Assembly (NCBI GenBank): GCA_017650085.1 | Contig: JAGCFN010000019.1 | Span: 3,879 to 67,878 of the forward strand | From: Bacteroidaceae bacterium | Lineage (GTDB): Bacteria; Bacteroidota; Bacteroidia; Bacteroidales; Bacteroidaceae | Direction of reading: 5' to 3' | Length of the DNA stretch: 64,000 nt | Notes under the pieces: model-generated | Seen by the model: the letters and a program-made list of their open reading frames with translations, nothing else | Databases searched by the model: none | What the model was told of the DNA's origin: nothing | Shown: positions 44,517-53,581 of the stretch, piece after piece | Layout: the number at the start of each line of letters is the position of its first letter | How positions within the stretch are numbered: position 1 is the first letter of the stretch | Made by a program: the position numbers and the translations under genes

Positions 44517-45478
44517 AACAACGCAGTTTATACATCGCTTTACTTGCTGTCATTGGCATCATTTGCCTTTTGGTCTTCAGACGATCAGGCAGTCAGGCGG
44601 CAGCTTCTTATCAGCATAACGAGGGCACAGTCTTCGGCACGCTTTACCATGCCAAGTACCTCTACAATAAAGACCTGCAGGCAGAACTTGAAGCAGAGCT
44701 TCAGAAGGTTGACGCCTCGCTTTCGATGTTCAATCCGCAGAGCACTATCAGCAAGATAAACCGAAACGAGACAGACGAAACAGACGAGATGCTGAACGAG
44801 GTATTGAAACTGTCTTTCACTATCTACGAAGCTACCGACGGAGCCTTCGACCCAACGGTTGCGCCTTTGGTAAATGCTTGGGGATTCGGTTTCAAAAGCG
44901 GTCAAATGCCAGACAGCACACACGTTGACAGCCTTCTCGCTCTTGTTGGCCTTTCCCACATACATCTCGACGGAAACAAACTCGCGAAGGACAATCCGCT
45001 CTCCATTCTCGACTTCAGCGCTATCGCGAAAGGCTATGGCGTGGACAGAGCCGCACAAGTTCTGCGAAATCACGACATCAAGAACTTCATGGTCGAGATT
45101 GGCGGCGAAATAGTTACGGAAGGCGTCAACGAAAAAGGCGAGCCATGGCGTATCGGCATCAATAAGCCTGATGACGATTCCACCTCGACCAATACTGAAC
45201 TGCAAGACGTCATAGAACTTTCAGGCAAAGCGATTGCCACAAGCGGCAACTACCGAAACTACTACATCAAGAACGGACGCAAGATAGCCCATACCATCAA
45301 TCCCAAGACTGGTTATCCTGCTCAGCAGAATATACTTTCGAGCACGGTAATCGCACCAACTTGTGCAGAAGCAGATGCCTTTGCAACTGCCTTTATGGTG
45401 TTGGGAACAGAAGGAGCAAACCGAGTGCTCGAGAAGCAGCCACAACTGGAAACGTACTTCATCACGAATGATAAATGA
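44513..45478 (+). CDS. apbE: FAD:protein FMN transferase
   Basis: ApbE motifs GAFDPTVAPLVNAWGFG and ..AIATSGNY..; 321 aa. Confidence 0.9.
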   Translation: MKQRSLYIALLAVIGIICLLVFRRSGSQAAASYQHNEGTVFGTLYHAKYLYNKDLQAELEAELQKVDASLSMFNPQSTISKINRNETDETDEMLNEVLKLSFTIYEATDGAFDPTVAPLVNAWGFGFKSGQMPDSTHVDSLLALVGLSHIHLDGNKLAKDNPLSILDFSAIAKGYGVDRAAQVLRNHDIKNFMVEIGGEIVTEGVNEKGEPWRIGINKPDDDSTSTNTELQDVIELSGKAIATSGNYRNYYIKNGRKIAHTINPKTGYPAQQNILSSTVIAPTCAEADAFATAFMVLGTEGANRVLEKQPQLETYFITNDK

Positions 45479-46139
45479 CTATGCTCTCCTAACCCGCCTG
45501 CCTTTGCTTCAGGGCATCAGCAGCACGGATTTACTCAACTGGGAAGATGCCTTACGCCTTGACATCGACGAGTTGCCGGCCTCCAAGTTGCCACTCATCC
45601 GTCAAGGGGACAACTGCACCCAGCTGCTCTATCTCGTTGAAGGAGAATTGCTCAGAGAGTATCGTTCCGAAGACGGAAACTATGTCATGCGCTCCTACCT
45701 GAAAGGCCCTTCAGTTATTGAAGTGGACAGGCTTTTCGGCCTTTACCCAACATACGAAAATACCTATTATGCAAAGACGGATATTAAGTTTTTGAGCATA
45801 AGAAAGACTCTCCTCAACAGCCACATGATGAAGAGCGAAGTGTTTCGACTTAACCTGCTCAATGCCCTTTCCGCTTGTGCACAAAAGCGAGCAATTGCAC
45901 TCTTCCCGTCCCAATCAGGAACAGCAGAAGAACGTCTGAAGCACTTTCTGGGCATAATCTTCCTTGATTGCGAAGGCGAAGTGGAACTTATCATTCAAAT
46001 GAAAGACCTTGCCCGATACATTGACGAAACACGCCTTACCATCTCCCACCTCCTCAACAAATGGGAACGCGAAGGTAGCATTCACTTGGGTAGAGGGCAT
46101 TTCATCATTCACAACATACAGACTTTACTAAAGAAATGA
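45468..46139 (+). CDS. Crp/Fnr family transcriptional regulator
   Basis: cNMP-binding-like N-terminal domain and a C-terminal HTH (..LARYIDETRLTISHLLNKWEREG..). The ATG at 45468 overlaps the apbE stop by 11 nt. Confidence 0.8.
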   Translation: MINDYALLTRLPLLQGISSTDLLNWEDALRLDIDELPASKLPLIRQGDNCTQLLYLVEGELLREYRSEDGNYVMRSYLKGPSVIEVDRLFGLYPTYENTYYAKTDIKFLSIRKTLLNSHMMKSEVFRLNLLNALSACAQKRAIALFPSQSGTAEERLKHFLGIIFLDCEGEVELIIQMKDLARYIDETRLTISHLLNKWEREGSIHLGRGHFIIHNIQTLLKK

Positions 46140-48148
46140 ACATACTTTGCTCCCCGACCTTCCAGACCTTGCATGGCACGACCCCGTTCTCAAGCATCAA
46201 GATTGAGAACTACGAGCCTGCTATCATCGAAGCGATGAAGCAAGAGGATGAAGCCATCGAAGCCATCATCAATAATCCGGAAGAGCCAACTTTCGAGAAC
46301 ACCATAGCCGTACGAACTGGAGAGCAACTTGAACGTATCACAAGCATCTTTTTCAATCTCCTCAACGCCAATACTTCTGACGAGATGGATGCTTTGGCTC
46401 AAAAACTCTCGCCCATGCTTTCCGAGCACTACTCCAACATCATGCACAACGAGAAACTGTTCGAAAGGGTGAAGCAAGTGTGGGGAAAGGACGAAACTTT
46501 GACTGACGAGCAAAAGAAGCTCCTCTCTGACACCTACGATGCTTTCGTTCGCTCAGGAGCGTTACTCGGCAGAGAGGACAAAGAGAGGTTTGCAGCCATA
46601 GAAACAGAGTTGGCTCAACTTGGTCTGCAATTCTCTCAGAATGAGCTAAAGCAGACGAACGACTTCGAGCTTCATATCACCAATCCCGACGACCTTTCGG
46701 GCCTGCCGGATACTGCAAAAGAAGCCGCAGCTCTAGCCGCAAAAGAGAAAGGCAAGGATGGTTGGCTCTTCACGCTTCATGCCCCATCATACATTCCTTT
46801 CCTCACTTATTGCGACAATCGCGAACTGCGAAAGCAGATGTACATGGCAAAGAACACAATCTGCTGCAAAGGCGATGCCTGCGACAATAGGGAAATCATT
46901 CGCAAAATAGTTAATCTCAGACATGAGTTGACTTCGCTTTTCGGCTATAAATGTTATGCCGACTATGCTCTAGCGAACAGAATGGCAAAGACGACATCCC
47001 GGGTGAACGACCTCATCGAAAAACTCTACGATGCTTACATGCCCGTCGCGAGGAAGGAAGTGGAGGAACTGGAAATTCCTGAATTAATGCCTTGGGATTG
47101 GGCATATTACAGCCACAAACTGCAACTCAAGAAGCACAACATCGATAGCGAAATGCTTCGTCCCTACTTCCAATTGCAGAAGGTAAAGGACGGCATCTTC
47201 GGGCTTGCGACAAAGCTCTACGGCATCCAGTTCAAGCTACAAACCGAGATTGAGGTCTATCATCCAGATGTCGAAGCCTATGAGGTTTTCGACAAAGACG
47301 GCAGCTTCCTGGCAGTTCTCTATGCCGACTTCTTCCCGCGGGCAAGCAAACAAAGCGGGGCTTGGATGACGGACTTCCAGGAGCAATATATCGACGAGAC
47401 TGGTTTCGACCATCGTCCTCACGTCAGCATAGTGATGAACTTGACTAAACCAACAAGTGAAAAACCTTCGTTGCTTACCTTAAGCGAGGTCGAGACATTC
47501 CTTCACGAGTTTGGTCATGCTCTTCACAGCATCTTCTCAAGGGTGCATTACAAAGCCCTCAGCGGCACAAATGTTCTCCGCGACTTTGTGGAACTTCCCT
47601 CGCAAATAATGGAAAACTTTGCCGTCGAGCCAGAGTTCCTCCACACCTTCGCTTTCCACTTCGAGACAGGCGAGCCGTTGACCGACGAACTCATCCAGAG
47701 GATAAGGGAAAGCAGAAACTTCCATTGTGGTTATGCTTGCATCCGTCAGCTCAGTTTCTGCATGCTCGATATGGCGTATTACACTCTAACAGAGCCACTT
47801 ACGGACGACATCATGGACTTCGAGAGAAAAGCATGGAGCCGCACTCAACTCTTGCCCGCCGTGCCTGGAACAAACATGAGTGTGCAGTTCTCGCACATTA
47901 TGAGCGGCGGTTATGCTGCGGGCTATTACAGCTATAAATGGGCAGAAGTACTAGATGCCGACGCTTTCAGTCTTTTCCTCGAGAAAGGCATCTTTGACAG
48001 AGAAACGGCACATAGTTTCCGCAAGGAAATCCTTTCGAAAGGCGGAACTGCCGACCCCATGCAACTTTACGTGAACTTCCGAGGCAAGGAGCCCGACATC
48101 AAGGCTCTCCTCAAACGCAACAACATACAAACAAATGAAAGACCCTAA
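46136..48148 (+). CDS. dcp: M3 family metallopeptidase (peptidyl-dipeptidase Dcp-like)
   Basis: Zinc motif HEFGHALH; 670 aa. Confidence 0.9.
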   Translation: MNILCSPTFQTLHGTTPFSSIKIENYEPAIIEAMKQEDEAIEAIINNPEEPTFENTIAVRTGEQLERITSIFFNLLNANTSDEMDALAQKLSPMLSEHYSNIMHNEKLFERVKQVWGKDETLTDEQKKLLSDTYDAFVRSGALLGREDKERFAAIETELAQLGLQFSQNELKQTNDFELHITNPDDLSGLPDTAKEAAALAAKEKGKDGWLFTLHAPSYIPFLTYCDNRELRKQMYMAKNTICCKGDACDNREIIRKIVNLRHELTSLFGYKCYADYALANRMAKTTSRVNDLIEKLYDAYMPVARKEVEELEIPELMPWDWAYYSHKLQLKKHNIDSEMLRPYFQLQKVKDGIFGLATKLYGIQFKLQTEIEVYHPDVEAYEVFDKDGSFLAVLYADFFPRASKQSGAWMTDFQEQYIDETGFDHRPHVSIVMNLTKPTSEKPSLLTLSEVETFLHEFGHALHSIFSRVHYKALSGTNVLRDFVELPSQIMENFAVEPEFLHTFAFHFETGEPLTDELIQRIRESRNFHCGYACIRQLSFCMLDMAYYTLTEPLTDDIMDFERKAWSRTQLLPAVPGTNMSVQFSHIMSGGYAAGYYSYKWAEVLDADAFSLFLEKGIFDRETAHSFRKEILSKGGTADPMQLYVNFRGKEPDIKALLKRNNIQTNERP

Positions 48149-48563
48149 GAAACAACGTGCCCTCGACCTCCGTTACTTGCGAATGGCAGAGATTTGGAGC
48201 GAAAACAGTTATTGCCAACGCCGACAAGTAGGAGCGCTCGTCGTCAAAGACAAAATGATTATCAGCGACGGCTACAACGGCACTCCATCAGGTTTCGAGA
48301 ATGTGTGTGAAGAAGACGGTGTAACAAAGCCATACGTCCTGCATGCCGAGGCAAACGCCATTACCAAAATAGCGCGAAGCGGCAACAATAGTGACGGATC
48401 CACCCTCTACGTCACCGACTCGCCTTGCATAGAGTGTGCCAAACTCATCATTCAGGCAGGCATCAAGCGCGTCATTTACAGTCGTGAATACCGACTGACG
48501 GATGGAATCGACTTGCTTCGCAGAGCAGGAATTGAAGTGCAGTATCTACCTATAGAACAATAA
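48135..48563 (+). CDS. deoxycytidylate (dCMP) deaminase
   Basis: HAEANAI and PCIECAKLI zinc-binding motifs. Confidence 0.9.
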   Translation: MKDPKKQRALDLRYLRMAEIWSENSYCQRRQVGALVVKDKMIISDGYNGTPSGFENVCEEDGVTKPYVLHAEANAITKIARSGNNSDGSTLYVTDSPCIECAKLIIQAGIKRVIYSREYRLTDGIDLLRRAGIEVQYLPIEQ

Positions 48564-48566
48564 ATT

Positions 48567-50276
48567 ATGAACCCCGACACCAAGCATCGCTTTACACCGC
48601 TACTCATTGCCATCGGCACCATAGTGGGCATCTTCGTCGGCTCTTTCTACACGAGCCATTTTTCGGGCGGTCGCATCAACATCATCAATACAGGTTCTTC
48701 GAAGGTGGGCTACCTGTTGCAACTCATCGACAACATCTACGTCGACACGGTCGACATGAACACCCTAGTCGAGGACGCTATGCCTTTGATACTCAGTGAA
48801 CTCGACCCTCACAGCAGCTACTTCGGCCCGAAGGATGCTGAGGAGGCCAACGAGAACCTGAAGGGTAGTTTCAGCGGAATCGGCGTACAATTCACGATGG
48901 AACAGGACACCGTCAACGTTATGTCTGTCATCCACTCCGGTCCTGCCGAGAAGGTGGGCATATTGGCTGGCGACCGCATCGTTACGGCCGACACCACTTC
49001 GCTCGTCGGAATGGAAAGTGACGACGTAATGAAGCACTTGAAAGGCGTGAAAGGCTCGAAGGTCAAACTTGGCGTCAAGCGTCACGGCTCGAAAGACCTG
49101 CAGTACTTTACCGTCGTTCGAGGCGACATTCCTGTGGTCAGCGTGGATGCCTATTATATGATGGGCGACAAGACGGGATACATTCGCGTCAAGAACTTCG
49201 GAGAGCAGACTTACGCCGAAATGCTCGTCGCTCTCGCCAACCTCAATGTAGAAGGCATGAGGCAGCTCATCGTCGACCTCCGCGGCAACCAGGGCGGCTA
49301 CATGCACATCGCCATTCAGATGGTCAACGAGTTCCTGCCTTCTGGCAGACTGATTGTCTATACAGAAGGACGAAAGAGTCCTCGCGAAGAGTTCCGCAGC
49401 GACGGTCGGGGCACATTCCAGAAGCTGCCGCTCGTGGTACTTGTGGATGAGGGAAGTGCCAGCGCAAGCGAGATATTTGCGGGTGCCATTCAGGACAACG
49501 ACCGAGGTACGATTATCGGTCGCCGCACTTTCGGGAAGGGTCTTGTCCAGCAACCCAAGGAATTTCGCGACGGCAGTGTCGTCCGCCTCACAGTTGCCCG
49601 CTACTATACGCCGAGCGGTCGTTGCATCCAGAAACCCTACGAGAAGGGGCATGGACAGGAATACGAGAATGAACTCATCGCGCGTTATGAGCGAGGCGAG
49701 TTCTTCTCGCAAGACAGCATCCACAACGAGGGGCCGCAATACGAGACGAGCATTGGCCGCATCGTATATGGCGGCGGCGGCATTACGCCCGACATCTTCG
49801 TGCCGGAGGATACGACGGGCATGACCAGCTACTATCGCGAAGCTTTCCTGACGGGACTCATCCGCCAGTTCGCCTTCGCCTATTCCGACGAGAACCGCGC
49901 CAAGCTCACCTCGCTTCGTACGGCCGAACGCATGGAGCAATACCTGAGGCGTGAGAACCTCTTGGAAAAGTTTGCGCAGTTTGCCGAGAAACGCCAGTTG
50001 CGCCGCCGCAACCTCATGCTCCAGAAGAGCCGGCGACTCTTCGAACGCAACATCTACGGCAATATCATCTACAATGTGGGCGAGATGAAGGACTATCTCC
50101 AATTCCTCAGCAAGGATGACCCAGTCGTAATCAAAGCCCAAGAAATACTCGACAAAGGACTCTCCTTCCCCGAGAAAGTCGAAGAGACGGAAAAGGTAGG
50201 CTCGAAAGAGGCTCGTCTGTTTTCCTCAGAATCTTTCCCCCTTCATCAGAACACAGTCCGAGTCTTTAGATGTTAG
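48567..50276 (+). CDS. S41 family C-terminal processing peptidase
   Basis: N-terminal TM anchor, PDZ region, catalytic context DEGSASASEIFAGA. Confidence 0.9.
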   Translation: MNPDTKHRFTPLLIAIGTIVGIFVGSFYTSHFSGGRINIINTGSSKVGYLLQLIDNIYVDTVDMNTLVEDAMPLILSELDPHSSYFGPKDAEEANENLKGSFSGIGVQFTMEQDTVNVMSVIHSGPAEKVGILAGDRIVTADTTSLVGMESDDVMKHLKGVKGSKVKLGVKRHGSKDLQYFTVVRGDIPVVSVDAYYMMGDKTGYIRVKNFGEQTYAEMLVALANLNVEGMRQLIVDLRGNQGGYMHIAIQMVNEFLPSGRLIVYTEGRKSPREEFRSDGRGTFQKLPLVVLVDEGSASASEIFAGAIQDNDRGTIIGRRTFGKGLVQQPKEFRDGSVVRLTVARYYTPSGRCIQKPYEKGHGQEYENELIARYERGEFFSQDSIHNEGPQYETSIGRIVYGGGGITPDIFVPEDTTGMTSYYREAFLTGLIRQFAFAYSDENRAKLTSLRTAERMEQYLRRENLLEKFAQFAEKRQLRRRNLMLQKSRRLFERNIYGNIIYNVGEMKDYLQFLSKDDPVVIKAQEILDKGLSFPEKVEETEKVGSKEARLFSSESFPLHQNTVRVFRC

Positions 50277-50283
50277 TAAAAAA

Positions 50284-51300
50284 ATGGAAGCTTCAACTTT
50301 TCAATTTTTTGACTTTTCGACATTCAATAGGGCAGTCATCTGCACGCACGTCAATCCCGACGGCGATGCTATCGGCTCTTCGTTGGCCCTGAAACTCTAC
50401 TTGGAGCGTATGGGCAAGCAGGCGACAGTCGTTGTGCCCAACATTTTCCCCGATTTCCTGAAATGGTTGCCCAGTGCCGACACCATTCTCATATACACGA
50501 AACAAGCCGAACTGGCAAAGAAGGCCGTCGAGGAAGCCGACCTCGTCATCGTTTGCGACCTGAACCAACCGAGCAGAATGGCCGGACTGGAAGCAGACAT
50601 TATGGCGAGTACGGCACCACGCATCCTCATCGACCACCATCTCGACCCCGATACCAACTTCTGCCAAGAGATGCATTCCGAACCGCAAGCATGTGCAGCA
50701 GCCGAAGTCATATGCCACATTCTCAGCGAGTTAGACGAATTGGACAACATCTCCCACGACGAAGCCACATGCCTCTACTGCGCCATGATGTGCGACACAG
50801 GGGCCTTCTCCTTCAACTCCAATCGCCCCGTCATCTACGAGTATATCAGCCGTCTTCTGGCACGCGGAATCGACAAAGACCAAATCTACCGAAACGTCTT
50901 CTGGACCGCTTCTGAAGGCAGATTGCGGCTGCAAGGCTATCTGCTCTACGTGAACATGCGCGTCCTGCACGAGCGAAACACCGCCATCATCACACTCACG
51001 AACGACGAGCGGCGCCGTTTCAAAGTCAAGAACGGCGACACGGAGGGCATCGTCAACATTCCCCTGACCATGCTGGGCACACGGCTGAGCATATTCATCA
51101 ACGAAGACACGGAGCACCCTGGCATCATGAAATTGAGCCTTCGCAGTGTGGGCGATTTTCCGTGCGACCAGATGGCTTCGAGGTTTTTCAATGGTGGCGG
51201 ACACAAAAATGCCAGCGGCGGCAAGCTGCAATGCACTATGGAAGAAGCGCTCGACCGCGTCAAAGCCGCCATCGAAACCTATGCCGACATGCTGAAATAG
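50284..51300 (+). CDS. nrnA: DHH family phosphoesterase (NrnA-like oligoribonuclease/pAp phosphatase)
   Basis: HVNPDGDAIGS, DHH at LIDHHLD, GGGH at NGGGHKNASGG. Confidence 0.85.
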   Translation: MEASTFQFFDFSTFNRAVICTHVNPDGDAIGSSLALKLYLERMGKQATVVVPNIFPDFLKWLPSADTILIYTKQAELAKKAVEEADLVIVCDLNQPSRMAGLEADIMASTAPRILIDHHLDPDTNFCQEMHSEPQACAAAEVICHILSELDELDNISHDEATCLYCAMMCDTGAFSFNSNRPVIYEYISRLLARGIDKDQIYRNVFWTASEGRLRLQGYLLYVNMRVLHERNTAIITLTNDERRRFKVKNGDTEGIVNIPLTMLGTRLSIFINEDTEHPGIMKLSLRSVGDFPCDQMASRFFNGGGHKNASGGKLQCTMEEALDRVKAAIETYADMLK

Positions 51301-51330
51301 GTTTACAATAGGTTTATCAACATTACGCCC

Positions 51331-51460
51331 TAAAACACAGCACGTCAACTTTGCAATCGTCACACGTGAAAATGCCCGATGACACACGTGAAAATTGCAA
51401 TCGTCACACGTGAAAACCTCAATCGCCACGTGCTTAAACGACCAACTTCACACGCGAAGC
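51331..51460. repeat. 22-bp tandem array H (about 5.5 units)
   Basis: Units: gtcaactttgcaatcgtcacac / gtgaaaatgcccgatgacacac / gtgaaaattgcaatcgtcacac / gtgaaaacctcaatcgccac / gtgcttaaacgaccaacttcacac. Confidence 0.9.
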
Positions 51461-51570
51461 TACCAGTTCTGCCGTAAACAGATAGTTGCGACTCGTCCAA
51501 TAGAAAGCAAGATTTCATGGCTCAAAAAGAAAAACTTTCCGTTTCTCTTTGTATTGTTCTCACTTATTCG

Positions 51571-51578
51571 TACCTTTG
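51571..51578 (+). promoter_or_regulatory. -7 box TACCTTTG for lipoprotein gene 51602
   Basis: TAnnTTTG match 24 nt upstream of the ATG. Confidence 0.6.
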
Positions 51579-51601
51579 CAGCCAGAAACATAAAATGCAA
51601 G

Positions 51602-52297
51602 ATGAAGAAAGCGCTATACATCTTAATCCCCTTCCTCGCCGCAATCCTCTTCGCTTCCTGCAAGAACAGCGAAACGTATGCCCAGCAGAAAGACAAGGAG
51701 TACAAGGCCATCAAGTCGTTTCTGGATCGTGAAGTCGTGATTCGGGACGAGGACGGCAGCGTGCTCTGCAACGTGGGGAAAATAACGCCAATCAGCGAGG
51801 AACAGTTCCTCCTGCAAGATTCTACGACCGACCTCGAAAAGAACGAATATGTGCTCTTCCAGAACACAGGTGTCTACATGCAGATTGTGCGTAAGGGCAC
51901 GGGCGAGAAACTGGAACGGGGCAAAACGGCCCGCGTCATCTGCCGATTCATAGAATTCAACATTCTGGGCGACAGCATCCAGCTCCGCAACGACGTGTAC
52001 TTCTGGCACTCCAGCCCCGACATCATGAAGATTTCGAACAACTACGGCAGCTTCGCAGCCAACTTCGACACAGAGTCGAACGGCGGCGGTGCCATGTACA
52101 ACACGTATGGCAGCACGAGCGTTCCGAGCGGTTGGCTCGTCCCCTTCTCCTACATCCGCATCGGACGCCAGGAATCGGCCGATGAGGGCATAGCAAAGGT
52201 CAGACTCATCGTGCCGCACACCGAGGGCCAAACGAGCGCTACAGGCAATGTTTATCCCTGCTTCTACGAACTCACCTTCCAGAAGATGCGCGATTAG
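51602..52297 (+). CDS. hypothetical lipoprotein
   Basis: Lipobox ILFASC after MKKALYILIPFLAA. A TACCTTTG box lies at 51571. The track ORF N-terminus (51395-) runs through a repeat array. Confidence 0.7.
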   Translation: MKKALYILIPFLAAILFASCKNSETYAQQKDKEYKAIKSFLDREVVIRDEDGSVLCNVGKITPISEEQFLLQDSTTDLEKNEYVLFQNTGVYMQIVRKGTGEKLERGKTARVICRFIEFNILGDSIQLRNDVYFWHSSPDIMKISNNYGSFAANFDTESNGGGAMYNTYGSTSVPSGWLVPFSYIRIGRQESADEGIAKVRLIVPHTEGQTSATGNVYPCFYELTFQKMRD

Positions 52298-52353
52298 TTT
52301 ACCGTTTACCGCTTACAGCTTACCGTAAGCCGTAAGCCCATAAGCCGTAAGCC
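52298..52353. repeat. intercistronic palindromic micro-repeat filling the whole lipoprotein-hemW spacer
   Basis: tttaccg x2, cttaca, gcttac, then cgtaagc, cgtaagc, ccataagc, cgtaagc. gcttacAgcttac faces gtaagcCgtaagc. Confidence 0.85.
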
Positions 52354-53466
52354 ATGTACATTCACTTTCCTTTCTGCCGGTTGCGATGTATCTATTGCGA
52401 CTTCTATTCCACCACGCTCGGACAGGACACGATGGCGTCTTACGTCCGTGCCCTCGAAAGGGAGATGGCTTTGCGCAAAAATTATCTGGAAAGTTCGCGC
52501 GTACATACTATATATATAGGGGGCGGCACGCCCAGCCTTTTGCCCACGGACTTGCTCCACAGACTCTTTGAAGCGATTGGTCGCTTGTGGACGCTCGACG
52601 ACAAAGCCGAAGTCACCATTGAAGCCAATCCGGACGATGTGACGAGGGAGTGGCTGGAAGGGCTCAGGGGAACACCCGTCAACCGCATCAGTATGGGTGC
52701 CCAGACGTTCAACGACGATATTCTGCAACTTATCGGACGCCGGCACACCAGCCAGCAGACCATCGACGCTGTGAAGGCTTGCAGGGAAGCTGGTTTCGCA
52801 AACATTAGCCTCGACCTTATCTATGGCTTACCCGGACAGACTTTCGAGGACTGGAAGGACGATGTGGAACAGGCTCTGAGCCTCAACATCAAACACCTCA
52901 GCGCCTATTCTCTCACTTTCGAGGAAGGCACTCGGCTCGACACAATGCTCCGGCAAGGTTTGGTCGAGGAAGCCGACGAGGAACTCTCCCGACAGATGTA
53001 CGACCACCTCTTGGATGCCACGAACAAGGCCGGCTTCTTGCACTACGAAATCTCGAACTTCGCTCTGCCTGGATATCACTCGCGCCACAACAGCTGCTAT
53101 TGGCAAGGCTCGCCCTACTTGGGACTGGGCGCAGGCGCACATTCCTACGACGGCAAACGTACTCGCCGTGCAAACTTGCCCGACATCAAGGCTTACATCG
53201 CAGCAAAAGAAGACATGCCGCACGAAACGGAGGAACTGAGCAACGACGCGCTCTACGATGAGTATATCATGACTCGTCTCAGGACCTCTGATGGAATCCC
53301 CCTCGACGAGCTCTCGGAAAAAGACCGCAAATACTGCCTCGAAATGGCTGAGCCCCACCTTTTGCGCAACCTTCTGCGCATCGAAAAAGAGCATCTTTGT
53401 CTCACAAAAGAGGGCATATTCACATCGAACGACATCATAAGCGATTTGATGAAAATTGACAATTGA
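52354..53466 (+). CDS. hemW: radical SAM heme chaperone HemW (oxygen-independent coproporphyrinogen oxidase-like)
   Basis: CX3CX2C at FCRLRCIYCDF; 370 aa; HemN_C-like tail. Confidence 0.9.
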   Translation: MYIHFPFCRLRCIYCDFYSTTLGQDTMASYVRALEREMALRKNYLESSRVHTIYIGGGTPSLLPTDLLHRLFEAIGRLWTLDDKAEVTIEANPDDVTREWLEGLRGTPVNRISMGAQTFNDDILQLIGRRHTSQQTIDAVKACREAGFANISLDLIYGLPGQTFEDWKDDVEQALSLNIKHLSAYSLTFEEGTRLDTMLRQGLVEEADEELSRQMYDHLLDATNKAGFLHYEISNFALPGYHSRHNSCYWQGSPYLGLGAGAHSYDGKRTRRANLPDIKAYIAAKEDMPHETEELSNDALYDEYIMTRLRTSDGIPLDELSEKDRKYCLEMAEPHLLRNLLRIEKEHLCLTKEGIFTSNDIISDLMKIDN

Positions 53467-53581
53467 CAACTAAAAATTGGCATTTATGTTGTTTAACATA
53501 TTTCCAAGCGCTTGCCATTATGGTAAATAATAGTAACTTTATGCCCGAAATTCTGTATTAATCAACAAAAACAATAACGTC

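Noticed and set aside
48765-50141. Long antisense ORFs (48765..50141, 54131..55360, 33165..34544, 13542..14435, 56390..57289, 38755..40014, 31907..32746 and others)
   Set aside because: Each lies entirely opposite a gene with clear family motifs. Their compositions (Val/Asp/His/Arg-rich, no motifs) are typical of shadow ORFs in roughly 50% GC DNA.
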